Positions 62,693-64,000 of a stretch of 64,000 nucleotides of DNA are shown piece by piece. A program made the translations under genes and the position numbers. The stretch lies in the IMG/VR virus record IMGVR_UViG_3300037294_000266, positions 62,001 through 126,000 of that record, one strand, 5' to 3'. Below the pieces are notes generated by a model. That model was not told the origin of the DNA, searched no databases, and saw nothing but the letters and a program-made list of their open reading frames with translations. Every line of letters starts with the position of its first letter. The first letter of the stretch is position 1.

Positions 62693-64000
62693 TTACACGG
62701 CCGCGCCTTCGACTAGGCTGATCTTCAGCACGGCTAGGGTGAAAAAAACGTAGCCTATGTCGATCGGGATGAGGTGAGGATGCGACTGGTCTTCCGGCTC
62801 CTGCTGGCATGACGGACAGGCAGACTTTGGCAGACCAACGTAGCTTACCGTTGTCTTACGCACCCATTCAATGATACGCTTCGTCAACGCCAGAGAGATC
62901 TCTGGGTCTTCAGTCAACATATCGAGCATCCGATCTTTGTTCTGAAGGTCTTCGATGATACGCGGCTGACTGTCAGGATCGGTGGTGTGTTCAAACTGCT
63001 TGATCCAGTGACTATGTTGCCGCAGACCGCTGATAGCACCAGAACGCATGATGTGACGGACACGTTCCATGTCGGACAGGCGGGCGCCGAAGGCATTGCT
63101 GGTAGCCTTAGAGATACCGTCTACCCACATGTGACCTGCATCGATCTGATCTGCCAATGATGGAACGGCCAATACAGCTACCAGTCCACGCCCAAGATCA
63201 ACACGTTCTTCAAAGAACGTAAAGTCAGCTTGATATTCTGCCAGTTGCAGCGCTGTCTTCTTGTCCTTACGGTTCGCCATCATGCGCGCTTGTTTCTCAG
63301 TGATCTTGTCCCGGTCGGTGAAGCCCATCCGAGCAAAGTTGAGAAGCAATTCGTCCATGTGCTCGCACTTGTCCGTGTTGGCAACGCATGGCTGACGGAA
63401 GGGGTAACCGTCAGGATACATCGCAGTAACCAGACCCAGGCACATCTGTTGGTAATCACGGTTACGGATCACGCCAAGCAGTTCTTCAACAGCATCGCTG
63501 GTCTCGAGCTTATACGTAGTCGAGATAACGTGTTCCAATACGAACCGCATGTAGAGTTCGACCGTGTACACTTCGACGTTCGAGAAGACCATGCCATTAG
63601 TCGAGCGACCAAGATTCATCTTCTCAAGGCGAGCGCGTTGATCGAAGTCCAGGAGTTCTTGTACCGTCGGTGCTTTGACCGAGATCCAGATGCCTGTGTT
63701 CCAGAGAGGGACTTGGATAACAGTGCCTTGACCAAACGTGGCGCGGATGGCCATGATTGGGTCGGACATCGTTTCTACTTTAAAACGCCCGATGCCGAGG
63801 CGGCTGGTATCATGCTGAACTGCCTGATGCCAGTTGCCTGTTTTATCGATGTCGTCGAAATAGACGTCTTGCCAGATCTGAGTCAGGCTGCGGGACAGTG
63901 AGACCAAACGTCTGTCGCTGTTGGACAGTTTCTCGATAGCGGAGTCGTCGAGATCGACCAGGCCGCGTGCTTGCAGAATGGATTCGAGTTCGTCGATGTC
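62693..64000 (-). CDS. Conserved phiKZ-like core protein with C-terminal CxxC (partial, start outside window)
   Basis: Frame is open to the window edge (DIDELESILQARG...). Motifs VPLWNTGIWISVKAP and CPSC. Confidence 0.7.
   Translation of the reverse strand, partial: DIDELESILQARGLVDLDDSAIEKLSNSDRRLVSLSRSLTQIWQDVYFDDIDKTGNWHQAVQHDTSRLGIGRFKVETMSDPIMAIRATFGQGTVIQVPLWNTGIWISVKAPTVQELLDFDQRARLEKMNLGRSTNGMVFSNVEVYTVELYMRFVLEHVISTTYKLETSDAVEELLGVIRNRDYQQMCLGLVTAMYPDGYPFRQPCVANTDKCEHMDELLLNFARMGFTDRDKITEKQARMMANRKDKKTALQLAEYQADFTFFEERVDLGRGLVAVLAVPSLADQIDAGHMWVDGISKATSNAFGARLSDMERVRHIMRSGAISGLRQHSHWIKQFEHTTDPDSQPRIIEDLQNKDRMLDMLTEDPEISLALTKRIIEWVRKTTVSYVGLPKSACPSCQQEPEDQSHPHLIPIDIGYVFFTLAVLKISLVEGAAV

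Noticed and set aside
62256-62810. 184-aa version of this ORF, and similarly extended starts at 4678, 5830, 8402, 23446, 36559, 46618 and 61180
   Set aside because: The extensions overlap upstream genes, promoters or hairpins. Downstream starts have better SD sequences.
1-64000. Assignment to a named phage or host, and exact phiKZ gene numbers
   Set aside because: Requires database comparison. The gp labels are recalled synteny only.

Overview
A 64-kb segment of a phiKZ-like (Chimalliviridae-type) jumbo myophage genome, with almost all genes on the minus strand. Host and species cannot be assigned from sequence alone. It has three zones. (1) 1-27.3 kb is an accessory and nucleotide-metabolism block: GNAT, HD phosphohydrolase, pnuC and nadR, a TAXI-type solute-binding protein, thyA split by a 1086-nt group I intron encoding a GIY-YIG endonuclease, an SspB homologue, tmk, SLOG and macro domains. 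(2) 27.4-48.4 kb is a block syntenic with phiKZ gp82-gp101: virion proteins, three inner-body-family paralogues with S-x-E processing sites, and a split family-B DNA polymerase subunit. The gp numbers are from recalled synteny, not a database search. (3) 48.4-64 kb is a second accessory block: Kelch and L-domain solenoid proteins, holin-like protein, thermonuclease, HNH endonuclease, DarG-like macro domain, HslV-like protease. The most striking signal is at 53.5-59.2 kb. It holds only one canonical tRNA (Ser-UGA) but about 15 structured non-coding elements. Many keep a tRNA acceptor stem, T-arm and sometimes a D-arm, while the anticodon arm is replaced by enlarged loops, long stems, multi-hairpins or a pseudoknot. 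The region also has a hairpin displaying four GGCAGC motifs and a tRNA-Asn gene cut off at its anticodon by an HNH gene. All RNA folds were worked out by eye and need computational and experimental confirmation.
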